A stretch of DNA of 59,087 nucleotides, the filler included, from Jimgerdemannia flammicorona (lineage: Eukaryota): assembly GCA_003990765.1 (NCBI GenBank). It is 3 parts of 3 records of this genome, joined end to end, with 100 filler letters (N's around TTAATTAATTAA, not from the genome) between each part and the next. Parts side by side here need not be neighbours in the genome. Positions count along the whole stretch, not along the records: positions 1 to 19,629 come from RBNJ01001891.1; 2 more parts are not named here. One strand, 5' to 3'. Made by a program: the position numbers and the translations under genes. The notes under the pieces were generated by a model that searched no databases, had not been told where the DNA came from, and worked only from the letters and a program-made list of their open reading frames with translations. This document shows positions 1 through 11,806 of this stretch, piece by piece (the stretch's first letter is position 1; each line of letters begins with the position of its first letter).

Positions 1-283
1 ACCCCTCAGCGTGTCCGCAAAGCTCCTCCCCTGCTTCTCTCCAGCCCCCCCACCAGTGCCACTTCCACTGCCGGAGCCACCCTGCCCACTCGAGCCACCG
101 AAGGATCCCATCCCCAATCCATACCCTCTCCCGACAGTCTGCCAGTCGAAGGCCCCAGGTCCACCCGACCTAGTACGCGCGTCGGCTTGCTTGCTGGTTG
201 ACATTGCCTTAGTATCTTTTCTCCAATAAAAGCTTCGAAAGTGTGTTGAAAAGTGTGTGTAACGTGAATTGTAGTGGAGAGAG
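1..283 (-). mobile_element. 5' end of an L1/Tx1-like LINE (5' UTR + ORF1 N-terminus), inserted into the RT of Ty3 element A
   Basis: Near-identical to 41774-42040. Minus-strand ATG at 204 reads MSTSKQADARTRSGGPGAFDWQTVGRG...SFADTLRG. CpGs are retained, and the sequence switches abruptly to RT sequence at ~284. Confidence 0.85.
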
Positions 284-2770
284 TGACAGGAAAATAAATA
301 GTTAGTCTTTGAATATCTTGTTCATCAGAGTCTAGAATATGGTAGGTACATTGGTGAGACCAAATACTAAGACCAGGAATTTGTAGAGTTTAAAGAGAGT
401 TATGAATACAGTCTTGAGAATGTCTTTTGGCTTGATTTGAATCTAGTGGTATCCTGACATGAGGTCTAACTTGGTGAAGTACTTGGCATTCTTGAGAGCA
501 TCAAAGATTTGATCAATCAAGGGTAGTGGATAGTGGTTCTTGATAGTGAATTTGTTGAGTATATGATAGTCTATATACATTTGCAGGATACTATTCTTCT
601 TCTTGATGAATAAGACTGGTGAGCCATAAGGAGATTTGCTTGACTGGATGGCTTCTCATGCAAGTAGTTCTTCTAGTTCTTTTTTGACTACTTCAATTTC
701 AAGTGGTGATATGTAATACATGTATTTCTTAGATAGTACAGTTCCTGGGGTCAGTTCAATTTTATGACCAACTTCTCATATAAGTGGTAGACCAGATAGC
801 TTGTCTGGAAAGACATCTTTGAATTCTTCTAGCAGTAGCTTGATGCTTTCATTAACTGATAGTCTCTTGTCTTGTTTCTTGGAGTGGATCATTACAATAA
901 AGGTATGCATTGCCTTCTTGAGTGCTTTCTTGTACTGTATAGCTGACAGTATTGCAATCTGGGTCTTGCTCATAATCTTGTCTGTCTTAATTATAATATT
1001 GGCTCCATCTTGAAGTAGGGTGACTTCATTCTTATACTAATCAATATCTGGATTGTATTTCATAAGCCAGAGTTTTTCTAAGATCAGGTCATGATCTCCT
1101 AGTGGTACAATCTCAAAGTCTACTCATTCCCAATATTTCTAGATCTTGATGAGTAGTTTTGTGGTAATTGACTTGATGGGGTATAGAGTACTATCTGTAG
1201 TGACTATACTATTATTCTTAGATACAGGCTTGATGAGGATCTTGAGGCTTTTGATGAGATTCTGATTGATGAAGTTCCTTATAGCTCTGCTGTCTATGAG
1301 TACTTGAACTTCTTTTCCTTTGACTAGGCCTTTGAAAATGAGCATAGCTTGAGCTTGATTTTCACTAAGACTTACTGCTTGATCAGTGCTGTCAAAACCC
1401 TTTTGATCTCATTTGGTTTTAGAGAGTTCTTGGATTTCTGTAATCTTGAGTTAACTGGCTTTTTCCAGGATCATTTGCATGACTTAGTCTCCTTCTTTAA
1501 CTGTATAGTCTTGATCCTTCTGGTTGACAAGCAAGACTTGAACTTGTCCTTGAAAGTCTGGATCAATGACACTAGCACCTACATCCAAATGATGTTTGAC
1601 ACTGAGTTCTAATTGCAGTGCAATTCTAGCATAATGTCCTTTAGGATATTGAACTGCAATTTCAGTAGGTACCAGAGTATAGCTCTTGGCTGAAATAGTG
1701 ACTTGTTTGACTGAGTGTAGGTTAAGACTAATGGCTCCTTCTGTTTGATATTGAGAGATCTGGGCCTTTAGATAAAGCTTCTTAACCTTGAGCTCAAGTT
1801 GACTGGTAGTGGGATTAATAGGTGTGTTCTTGGACAACACAGTGACTGGTCTTGAGGGTTCACTAGTCTTCCTAAGATATTTGGTTACAATGTATTCTGT
1901 TTGGTGACAGAAGAAACAGGCTCTGGATTTTTTCAGACAGTCCTTTTCTTCAGGGGTGAGCTTGGTGTTCTTTTTATTTATAGTGTCTAAGTCTATTAGT
2001 GCTGGGTCAACTGTCTTTGGTTAGTTTCTGTGGTGGTTCTCAAAGTGGTTCTTCTTGTAGTATTCTGGTTCAAAGCAGTTACCAAAGGTAATAATATCAA
2101 ATCTATTAGTGATTCTTATGGCTTCATTAAGAGTTTTGGGCTCTTCTAGTTCAACCTTGACTTATGTGTTTTTCTTCAGACCTTAGATATAGTGGTCTAT
2201 CTTTTCATCCTCAGATACCACTGGTAGCTCAAGTAGGATTGATAAGAATTATATATTGTAGCTTTGTACAGACTTGAGTTGCTTGATGTTTGCTAGCTTG
2301 TCTCTGGCTAGCTTGGTGGTATTAGCAGGCTTGAACTGCTTGTGAAGGGCTCTCTTGAAAGCTTTCCAATCTCTGATTTGTATATATAAGTGTACAGATG
2401 TAACTATGATATAATTGTACTACCAGATAGCTACATTTCCTCAGAGAAGTGTGGCAGCAAATTGGACTTGCATATCATCTTCCATTCTTGTAAGTTTGAA
2501 GTATTGGTCCAACTGGAAGGTCCATGTATCTGTAGATAGTCCTCCTTAATGACTGTTAAAGATATCTGGCTTGAGTGGCTTGAAACTAACTGGCACTATA
2601 GCAGGATATGATGTACCTGCAGTTTGTGTTTTCTGCTGTTCTAGTTATGCTTAAAGTTCTTGAATTTGATGGGCCATAGTATTGATCATATTCTCTATGC
2701 CAAGTTACTGTTCTCCTACTTCTTCTATAACAGAGGGGTCTGGCTGATAGACTGACTCTTCATGGCTCAT
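284..2770 (-). pseudogene. gag-dUTPase-protease-RT polyprotein of element A, interrupted by stops
   Basis: Gag-like FKPLKPDIF...QFAATLL..N..IWW...FK..ANTTKLARDKL; degenerate CCHC knuckle near 1870-1920; protease ORF 1139-1345; RT motifs at 300-700. Confidence 0.85.
1385..1795 (-). pseudogene. dut: dUTPase domain of element A, between the zinc knuckle and the protease
   Basis: LKVKKL..AQI..YQTEGAISLNL..VPTEIAVQYPKGHYARIA...GASVIDPDFQGQVQVLLVN...VKEGD...KGFDST, matching the trimeric dUTPase motifs. Confidence 0.9.
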
Positions 2771-2828
2771 TCTTATGACTGGTTTCCAAATTCATATGAG
2801 GTTTCTTAATAAGGCAAGATATAACTAC

Positions 2829-2840
2829 CTGCTGCTACCA
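2829..2840 (-). promoter_or_regulatory. Primer-binding site of element A (probably tRNA-iMet)
   Basis: Minus strand TGGTAGCAGCAG lies 2 nt after the LTR end. The same motif follows the 5' LTR in D (9065-9073, mutated) and C (51396-51407). Confidence 0.7.
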
Positions 2841-2842
2841 AG

Positions 2843-3306
2843 TGTAATGGTTTTAGTTTCTTTAAGAGAAAGTGGCTAAATCTGGAAGTTCTAGTTGTTT
2901 TAAAGTAGCTTGAAGAGATACTTAAAGGTTCAAGTGTTCTTGAAGGATTTCTGTGAGAAAATATTCTGAGCTTTATTCAGGTAGAGAACAAGGATATTTA
3001 TACATGATCTAAAAGAAAGATCTAAAAGGATCTTAGTAAGAAAGAGAATTGCCAAGAAATAGGTTCTCAGCAAAGCTAACTAATACTATTCTACAATATT
3101 CCAAAAGGTTCTATGACTAGCTAAGACAAGATGCTTAGTGTCAAGAAAAGACAAGAATATTCTAGTAGTGTCTGGGTACTGAAAGAAGGTTTCTAAGCAA
3201 GTAGAAGGTGATGGAACATAGTAGAATGTTTAAAAAATGACAAGAAAAGACTAACTAAAAGATGCAAAAATATACTAAGACTAAATATGACTGTGAAATT
3301 ATTATA
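2843..3306 (-). repeat. 5' LTR of element A (~464 bp)
   Basis: Starts TGTAATGGTTT next to the PBS. The end AAATTATTATA is its inverted repeat with transitions, so the right boundary is approximate. Confidence 0.6.
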
Positions 3307-3441
3307 GATGAGATGATTTAGATAGAGTGATTCAGATTAATCTGAGTTGATTTGAATTGCTTTGGATTTGAGATTTGGATCAAACTATCATATGATGAAT
3401 TAAATTTAGATTTGATTTGAATTGACTTATTTGAAGCACTA
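3307..3441. mobile_element. Half copy of the hAT-type MITE family seen at 11433-11806
   Basis: The reverse complement reads TAGTGCTTCAAATAAGTCAATTCAAATCAAATC, matching the TIR and subterminal repeats of the 11433 element. It is cut by the element A LTR. Confidence 0.6.
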
Positions 3442-3994
3442 AGTATAGTAATGACTTTCTCTTAAGTTCTAGATAGCATGATAGTATATCTTAAGGAGAA
3501 ATATTATATTGAACTTTCAGTCAGGATATTTGATAGTAGGTAGGAGTTTTAAGTATGAGGACTGCTTTAATATAGAGTAAAAGAGAAAGATTATACAGAT
3601 ATTTGAACATTGACTAAAGGAGTATAAGATACTTAATGACTTCTGAAGAGAAGTTGGGAGCTATCTGAAGATGAGATAGTATATTGATAGAGAGAGTAGA
3701 TAGAGAGATTTGAAAAAGAGATTAGTAGGGTGTATTGATAATGAGTAGTTCACTATTAAGTAAGTATTAGCAATATTGATAGAGTTGGCTAAATACTAAC
3801 TATATATATTTGAGAGTTGGCCTTAAGTAAGATAGAAGAGACTAATGGTAGATGTTCTATCAGATTGATGAAAGAGGTGGGACCCTTATAAAGATCACTA
3901 TCAGTATCTAATAGAAAGAATTTACAAGAAGAGTTATAGTAGATTACTATAGTTAATGATATAGTTATATATATTTGAAAGAATAGGGGTTGGG

Positions 3995-5507
3995 TGTAAG
4001 AGAGTTTACTTTTTAGAGTAACTATTATGTAGTTCTGGAAGGGTTTTCTAGAAGTTCTGGATATTCTGGAAAATTGTTTTCTTAAGGTCAAGATCAATTT
4101 CATATAGAGTACATCCTCTATGCTTATTGATTTCAAGATCAGGTTGATATCTCAACCAAAGTCCTTTTTTAGACTAGTTCTAGATGTTCAGGATTTTTTA
4201 TATTTCAGGAAGTTCAAGAAACTAAGACCAGCTTAGTTGAATTAGCATATTGCTACAGACAATATCTAATTAGAAAATTTCATAATAGAGTTAGGAGTAG
4301 GACCTAATGGAGTGCAGATTTACTTAAGAGTAGTTTGTGGATTATTAAATAGGTTTATTCACTATTTATGATATTACTATACTAGGAGTAGTTGTGTAAA
4401 GGGATATTGTGGAAAAGTGCTCAGGAGTTGTGTTCAGATTGTTCAAGTGTATTTGAGTCTGTTTAAGTCTGAGATTCTGAGGTCTGAGAGAGGGGGTATT
4501 TATACTAGTGAGGGGTTATCTGGACTATGCTAGATATGGATATAGCACTTAGTACCTTGCTGAGTCAGAATGCAGTCATATAGTACAAGTGTAATCTGAC
4601 ATGTCAAGAGATTGTCTGACTGCTGAGTTAGTTCACAGTCATATCATATAAGACTAATCTAACTATACTATGACTGCTAAGCTATTTATAGGTTTAGATG
4701 CTATCTGGGTAGTTTTTGATGATATCACCATTGATGACATCATTGCTGACAAAGTCTGAACAGTTTTCTGACTTCTGATATCATCAGTTTCAAAGGTGTT
4801 GTCACTTCTATCTCTTGTAAGATTAAGGCTGTCCTTAGTAATAGTAGTTATACAAGAATAACAGGTCTTGGTTCTCTTTTTTTTTTGTCTGCTGGCACTT
4901 TGTGAGGACTGGCCATCCTTGTCTAGGGTGAGAGCTTCCAATGTTGCAGCTGGGAGTTCAAACCTCTTGGAAATGAAATTTTCTGTAATCCAAGGCAATT
5001 TTTAGTAGTAATATCTTCACATAGATGGCTTGAGATTGGTTTTGATGATGTTGGCTTTCTTGAGTTCAGATGAAGCATCTATTACTCTCTAACAGAGGTG
5101 ACATAGATAGAGTGAACAGAGTTGTTCAAATGTGTTTTGCTTCTGCTAAGTAATAAGGTCTTGTATAGTTACAGTGTATCCTGGTCTTAAGTTGATAAGT
5201 GCAGTTCATAAACCTTTTGATGAATGAGATAGAGTTTTTTTTATCTCAATTTGAGTTTAGTACTTCTGGTTTCCTTTTGTAATAGTACAGTATACCAAAC
5301 TAGTTATAGTGGTTCAGAGTTAGTTTTATGGTTGTAGTACTTCTTCTGATATTCTTATATCTTGGCAGTGGATTCTCATGCTTGCTGATGTATTTTATAT
5401 AACCAGATAATCTCTTCAGTAACTTGTTTTGTAGTCTCACATGTGGTTTCCAAATTAGTTCTGAGGATGATATGTAATTTTGGTGGCTTGGAGGTTGTAT
5501 GCTTACA
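3995..5507 (-). repeat. 3' LTR of element D
   Basis: Direct repeat of 9077-10848 with TG...CA termini; PPT (minus AAGAAGGGGAGAGT) is adjacent. Confidence 0.9.
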
Positions 5508-6464
5508 ACTCTCCCCTTCTTAGCTTTTGATGTCCTCGTCAGGGCCTTCTAATTTATTCTGGTGTTGTTGTACCATTTGGATGGTTCTTGTGGCTGTGTT
5601 TGTTGAGGATTTGTTTAACTTTATATTCTTCTTGATCATTAATAATGACAGATGCAGGTGGTTCTGTAGTTCAGTTCAGAAATATATCTTGGACTTTCTG
5701 GAGTAGGGGTCTAACATGGCTATCAACTTTGGAAAAGTCTTCTTCAGAGTTCTCAGATTCTCCTTTGGATGGGTGGATGGAGATGGCAAAGAGAGGGCAT
5801 TTCTTGGCCAATTTCTTGAGTTATAGCTTGTTGATATGAGTGATCTTTGGTCCAGAGTCACTAGAGTTGAGTGGGTCCTTTTCATCTTACAGTTTGAAGT
5901 TGTGGCGTCTTTTCTTAATGGTTAGAGAATGGTTTACCCAATCGATCATGAGGTTCTCTTGTTTTAACCATGGGGTTCTAAGGATGATTTCATTGTCAGA
6001 GAGTAGTATAATCTGGAGAATAATGTGTACTCAGTAGTTACCAATTTGGAAGGGTAGATTGTGGACTTCCTTACTAATGACATGTGAGGTTCCATCAGTC
6101 ATAGTAACTGCTTGAGTTTGTTGTACCAGAGAGGTAAAGACCTTGAGTCTGTTGGCTGTTTCTTTACTGATGAAGTTGTCTGAGGCACTGCTGTTTATCA
6201 TAATCTTGACAGGTGCTCAGTTGACAAAAGCTTGAATTATAAGCAGTTTGTCTAATTCAATGGTGGTGATTTCAGTTATAGGAGCTTTCCTTCTGTTGGT
6301 TCTTCTTTGAGCCAATTCATTGATATAAGAGAAGTAATCATTGATTATTTGGAAAGAGTACATTCTAATGCTATGGGGACATCAGCCACTTGGTACATAT
6401 CCATCTTCAATTTTCTTATAGAATTGTTCTTCTTTACTCATGGTAGGTTGGGCTGGGGCCTTGT

Positions 6465-7045
6465 TTGATGAACCAAATCCTTTAGATCCTCGGATGGTAA
6501 ATAGTAGTTCAGAGACTTCCTTGACTATCAGAGTTGACTTGATTTTTTCAAATAGGATCTGGGTGATACAGAAACTAATAGAGATCTTGAAGGGTATCCA
6601 ACTATAGTTTTGGATGAGAATAATAATTTTGCCTATGTAATCTTTGTCAATGACTCCTCCTTCTACTGAGAGTTCTTTTAAGGCCCCACAAGAGTAGTTT
6701 CCAGTCCTTGGGCGGTTTGGACCAGTGGGTTAATCCGGCCAGCACCTTAAGGATCAGGCCTCCCTTAAGCTAGAAAGCAAAGCTAACCATGAACCCAATG
6801 AGCCATGCATAACTCATTAGCCATGACTTCGTGTGTGCTGAGAGTTCTTTTAATGCTAAGCTGCTGTGATAGCATATTCTTCCAACATATTCTTCAGGGA
6901 TTTGGATGCTGATTTCTATATAGACTTGCTTGACTTCTTGGTTTAAAACTATAGCTTCTTCAGCTGCATACAGGTCATATCCAGCTACCTTTTGACTTTC
7001 TTTGGTTGGGGCCTTAGCAGTTTATCTTAACTTGACAAAGTTCAG
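6465..7045 (-). pseudogene. dut: dUTPase domain of element D, split by a 156-bp insertion
   Basis: AGYDLYAAEE...IPEEYVGRI..HSSLALKELSVEGGVIDKDYIGKI...RGSKGFGSS. Confidence 0.9.
6682..6837 (-). mobile_element. 156-bp SINE-like or 5'-truncated non-LTR insertion with a 16-bp target duplication
   Basis: CTGAGAGTTCTTTTAA is duplicated at 6666-6681 and 6838-6853 and contains an L1-endonuclease-type TTTT/AA site. The insert keeps CpGs and has several hairpins. Confidence 0.8.
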
Positions 7046-9076
7046 TATTCTGATAGTCAGATTATTAAGGTAGTATAGAGTAGTAATAGTTGCTTGTATT
7101 GCTGTTCAGGGTTTTCAGTTGGGATAGGCACTGGCCATATATCCTGTCTTTCAGCAATAGAAGTATGCTCTGTTTCTTTGAAGTTCATTCCTTTCTCCTT
7201 CAGTGAGTTTCTTAAAGGTACTTGGCTGGGTGAGTTTATGATTTCTGGGTATCTATAAAGTGGATGTTGAGGGAGCTCAGGATGCTTCATGCTTGGGTTC
7301 TTCTTTCTTGGTCCAAGTCTTTTCCTTATTGTTGAATTGTCTTTAAGGTAGAATTGGTCCAGCTGTTAGGATTCACTTGATCATAGTCTTGATTCTTACT
7401 AGGTACCATTGTTGGTGGTTACAACCAACTAGGCAGCCTTGTTCTCAGATTTTTCTGGTAAGCCATTCAGATAGTGCATTGAATAGATGGTCTGCTCTTA
7501 TACCATTTTGTGCTTCATCATTGGCAATGTATCCTAGGCCAATAGTGTTCAGAAGTGACTTGAGTTTTGTACAGAAGGTTTCGAATTCTTCCTTACCATA
7601 TATATCAAATTTGAGGTTGCAGAGTTTTACTTAAGATTCAGTAATCATGGTTTCACTGCAGTATTGAGTAATCATGAGTTGTTTGAGTCTAGGGGCTGTA
7701 GGATGGACTCCATATCCTAGGGCATTGTTTGCTGTATTCTGGGCAATTACTGCAGGTTGGGTGTCCCATGTGAGGGGTTTTTCAGGAAGGGTTTGCTATC
7801 ATTCTTCAGCAGGTCTTCAGAAGAATGTAACAACTTGGTGGACATAGGCTGTAGTTGTAGCAAAGAGTTGTTCTAGAGTGTGGTCTTGATTATTTGTCAG
7901 AAGGCAGTCAGCAACTCGCTCATTAGTCCATTGATTGGCCTCAAAGTTAATATTAACTATACTAATAAAGCTTTGGACTTCTTGTGCAGTACCATTGAAG
8001 GTAGGTAGGCTCAAATTTTTGGTAGATTGGATCTGTTCAGCTAAGGCAGTAATGGTTGCTGCCATTATGGCTACCTGGGCTATGAGGTCTAAAATTTGTT
8101 GGTTTGCTATGTTGTTTACTGGAGGTGGTTGGACTACTGGTAGTAGTATTACTAGTACTACTTGAGGTACTGGTGCAGAGTGTGAGGGTATTCTTTGAGT
8201 CTGTATAAGTTGCTAGAGTAGTAGTTGTAGATCTGGAGTGAGGGCTTGATAGATAGTTGTTTGTTGCTGTATAGGTATATTCTGTCCTGATAGAGGTATA
8301 TCTCCTTCAGTAGTGTATCCAGGATTGAATTCACTGAGATACTCCTCCTTCTCTTCGGTTTGGTCTCTGTGTAATTGGGTTTGCTCAGCATCAAAGTAGA
8401 CAGAATCAGTTATATATCTGATTTCAGATGGACTTAATTCAAAGTCAAGTTCTGGTTCAGTATTGGTTTCTGGTTCAGGTAGGGCTGTAGCTGGGTCTGC
8501 TTCTGGTTTAGGGTCAGATTGTTGATGAAGAGTTTCTCTTACTTCTTCCTTAAGAATATAGCAGGCCTTGCTGTTCTGGAATTGGTAGTATAATGCAGTC
8601 TTGGTCCTGGTATGGTGAAAGTCAGTAGAGTTGAGCCACTTGGCTATAGAGGCTTGAGCTTCATGAGGAACTAAGGCTAGAAAGACTACTAATGGTTATC
8701 TTAGATCACTTGGATTTGTAGAGCTAACAAAGCTCTTATTGAGAAGAGTAAAGAAGGCTTCTATAAGACCTTCTTCATCTTGACTTACTGGGTGTAGAGC
8801 AAGGAGTTTGGTGAATAAAGTTTCACCTATTTGCTGATTTAATTGAAGTACTTCTTTCTTTGAATGAAGTTTGTTCCACTTATTGCAGGTGTGGAGGTCA
8901 AATTATTCTTGTATATCAGATTCAATTCTCTTCAAGTTGTCAGATAGTTCAGGATAAATTCCAGTTCAGAGGTTGGGCTTTATACATATCAACTTGTAGG
9001 AATTCTCAGAAGGGTTTGTAGCAGAGTGAGGAAGCATCTTGAAGTGGAATTAGATTGTAAACTACTGCTATCAAGT

Positions 9077-10848
9077 TGTAAGAGAGTTTACTTTTTAGAG
9101 TAACCATTGTGTAGTTCTGGAAGGATTTTCTGGAAGTTCTGGATATTCTAGAAGACTGTTTTCTTAAGATCAAAATCAATTTCATATGGAGTACATTCTC
9201 TATACTTATTGATTTCAAGATTAGATTGACATCTCAACCAAAGTTCTTTTTTAGACTAGTTCTGGATGTTCAGAATTTTCTATATTTCAGAAAGTTCAAG
9301 AAACTAAGATCAGCTTAGTTGAATTGACATATTGCTGCAGACAATACCCAATTAGGAAATTTCATGATAGGGTTAGGAGTGGGACCTAATGGAGTGTAGA
9401 TTTACTTAAGAGTGATTTATAGATTATTAAATAGATTTATTCGCTATTCATAATATTGCTATACTAGGAGTATTGTGTAAAGGGATATTGTGGGGAAGTG
9501 CTCAGAAGTTGTGTTTAAGTCTGTTTAAGTCTGAGATTCTGAGGTCTGGGGGAGGGGATATTTATACTAGTGAGAGGCTATCTGGACTATACTAGATATA
9601 GATATAGTACTTAGTACCTTGCTGAGTCAGAATGCAGTTATATCCCTTTGACTGTTTTGCACCTATATTTAGAGACAAGATTTTAAAAGTTTATAACTTT
9701 TAAAATCATAATAGCTTTTAAAAAAAAATTTACCAATAATTTTTTATATAATAATTCTACCTTTAGTAAAAATTTTACAAAAAAAAAAAAATTTGTTTTT
9801 AAACAAATTGAGATATATTTTTAACAGAAAAACAATGTTTCAAAAAATCTTTTTTTTCAAACTTTAATTTGTCTGCTAAATGATTTTAAAAGATGATCTT
9901 ATCTATAGACAAAGGGATAATACATATAAGTATGATCTGACATATCAAGAGATCATCTGACTGCTGAATCAGTTCACAGTCACATCATATAAGGCTAATC
10001 TAACTATACTATGACTGCTAAGCTATTATAGGTTTAGATGCTATCTAGGTAGTCTTCAATAATATCACTATTGATGATATCATTACTGGCAAAGTCTGAG
10101 TAGTTTTCTGACTTCTGATATTATTAGTTTCAAAGATATTATCACTTCTATCTCTTGCAAGATTAAGACTGTTCTTGGTAGTAGTGGTTATATAAGAATA
10201 ATAGGTCTTGGTTCTCTTTTTTTTTGGTCTGCTAGTATATTTGCAAGGACTAACCATTCTTATCTGGGTGAGGGCTCCCAATGTTGTGACTGGGGGTTCA
10301 AACCTCTTAGAAATGATATTTTCTATAATCCAAGGCAATTTCTAGTAGTAATATCTGTCACATAGATGGCTTGAGATTGGTTTCAATGATGTTGGCTTTC
10401 TTGAGTTCAGATGAAGCATCTGTCACTCTCCAATAAAGGTGACATAGATAGAGCAAACAGAGTTATTCAAATGTGTTTTGCTTCTGCTAAGTAATGAGGT
10501 CTTGTATAGTTGTGGTATATTCTGGTCTTAAGTTGATAAGTGCAGTTCATGAACCTTTTGATGGATGAGATAGGGTTCTTCTTGTCTTGATTTGAGTTTG
10601 GTACTTCTGGTTTCCTTTTGTAATAGTACAGTATACTAAACTAGTTATAGTGGTTCAGAGTCAGTCTTATAGTTGTAGTACTTCTTCTGATATTCTTGTA
10701 TCTTGGTGGTGAGTTCTTATACTTGCTGGCATATTTTGTATAACCAGATGATCTCTTCAGTAACTTGTTTTATAGTCTTGCATGTAGTTTCTAAATTAGT
10801 TCTGAGAATGATACATAATTTTGGTGGCTTAGAGGTTATGTACTTATA
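9077..10848 (-). repeat. 5' LTR of element D, carrying a MITE
   Basis: Direct repeat of 3995-5507 with an extra ~277 bp at 9643-9919; PBS adjacent. Confidence 0.9.
9643..9917. mobile_element. Tc1/mariner-type MITE (TA target duplication)
   Basis: TA-TCCCTTTG ... CAAAGGGA-TA. It is AT-rich, non-coding and absent from the sister LTR at ~4580. Confidence 0.75.
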
Positions 10849-10979
10849 TTGAAAGAGGAGAGTATACTAGAGTGGAGTAGGGTAAGGTGGGTTGGATTAG
10901 AGCTACCAGTATAGTATGAAAACTATGTATTTGTTATAGACTAGTTAATAAAGTGAGTTTGAGTGACTATAAAAAAAAT

Positions 10980-11013
10980 GAAATAAAATAAAATAAAATA
11001 AAATAAAATAAAA
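10980..11013. repeat. (AAAAT)n microsatellite
   Basis: About 6 tandem AAAAT units. Confidence 0.85.
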
Positions 11014-11432
11014 GTATTAGAATAAAGCCACTCTTTGAATATTAGTAAAAAAGCTCTACAAAGTAACAAAATAAGTAACAGAATATATTAAAAAGTATAG
11101 CTAAGTGTGGTATTAGAATGAGTAATGAGGTAAGAAACAGTAAGGCAAGATATTAAAATAAGTGGCAAGACAAGATATATTAATAAGATAAGATATGTAT
11201 ATCAGAATGAGCAGTAAGACAAGATATCTGAAAAAGCAATGAGACAATACTCTCCTCTCTTAAAAAAGGCCAGGAAATACACAATGAGCTAATATAAAGA
11301 ACCAGCATAAACCAATGTGAAGAATCCCAAACCTTGGGATATTTTCTATTTTTTTTTTTTTTCTCTGAGCCCAAACATACTAACCAACTGAGATTGTATT
11401 GAAATAAGTAGCAAAGTGAGGTATGTTGAAAT

Positions 11433-11806
11433 TAGTGCTCCCAAATGAGTTGAATCAATTCAAATCAAATCGAATTGAGAGTTAAATGAGTCAAATCGAA
11501 TTGGGGATTTTTCAATTCGAATCAATTAGAATCAAATCAAAAGTTGAATCGAATTGAGGGTCTAATTTGAACCCTAAATTTCAAAATGTAATAACTCAAC
11601 GTAAACTCATCTAAATCTAACATACTTTAGCTTGTTAGAATCATATTAATACAGTGAATCTAACAAGTTAAAATATGTTAAATTTGGATGAGTTTTTGTT
11701 GAGTTATTACATTTTGAAAATTAAGGTTCGAATTGGACCCTTGATTCGATCGAATCGAATCGAGTTTGGGCCAAATTCGATTTGATTCGATTTGTTGGGA
11801 GCACTA
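11433..11806. mobile_element. hAT-type MITE
   Basis: 12-bp TIR TAGTGCTCCCAA/TTGGGAGCACTA, 8-bp TSD GTTGAAAT/GTTGGAAT (1 transition), and subterminal AATC(G/A) pentamer repeats. Confidence 0.85.
11557..11741. mobile_element. Fold-back MITE nested in the hAT MITE (PIF/Harbinger-like ends)
   Basis: ~85-bp inverted arms AGGGTCYAATTYGAACC...GGTTCGAATTGGACCCT around a ~10-nt loop. Confidence 0.7.

Larger units (their letters stand above)
284..3306 (-). mobile_element. Ty3/Gypsy LTR retrotransposon family A, 5' part, degenerate
   Basis: Minus-strand order is LTR, PBS, gag, zinc knuckle, dUTPase, protease (VLIDSRA), RT ([30 protein letters not shown]). Many TAG/TAA/TGA stops. Confidence 0.9.
5520..8970 (-). 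pseudogene. Element D polyprotein: N-extended gag, zinc knuckle, dUTPase, CHCC module, protease, chromodomain stub
   Basis: Gag LSLPTFNG..FEANQW..LTNNQ..LEQLFA is homologous to family C gag. Protease INSSASDNFIS near 6170-6200. LLQKVQDIF is followed by EPPASVIINDQEEY, a chromodomain-linker-like sequence. Confidence 0.8.
3995..10848 (-). mobile_element. Ty3/Gypsy family D: both LTRs present but non-autonomous (gag-dUTPase-ZnF-protease; no RT/RNase H/integrase)
   Basis: Two ~1.5-kb LTRs (TGTAAG...CTTACA), PPT at 5508-5521, PBS at 9065-9073, and a 5-bp TSD TTGGG/TTGAA differing by G->A. The internal region is only 3.57 kb. Confidence 0.9.

Noticed and set aside
3442..3994. Possible LINE relic flanking element D (also 10849-11430 and 38980-39358)
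   Set aside because: The strand-biased composition suggests an old TE, but no motif could be read with confidence.
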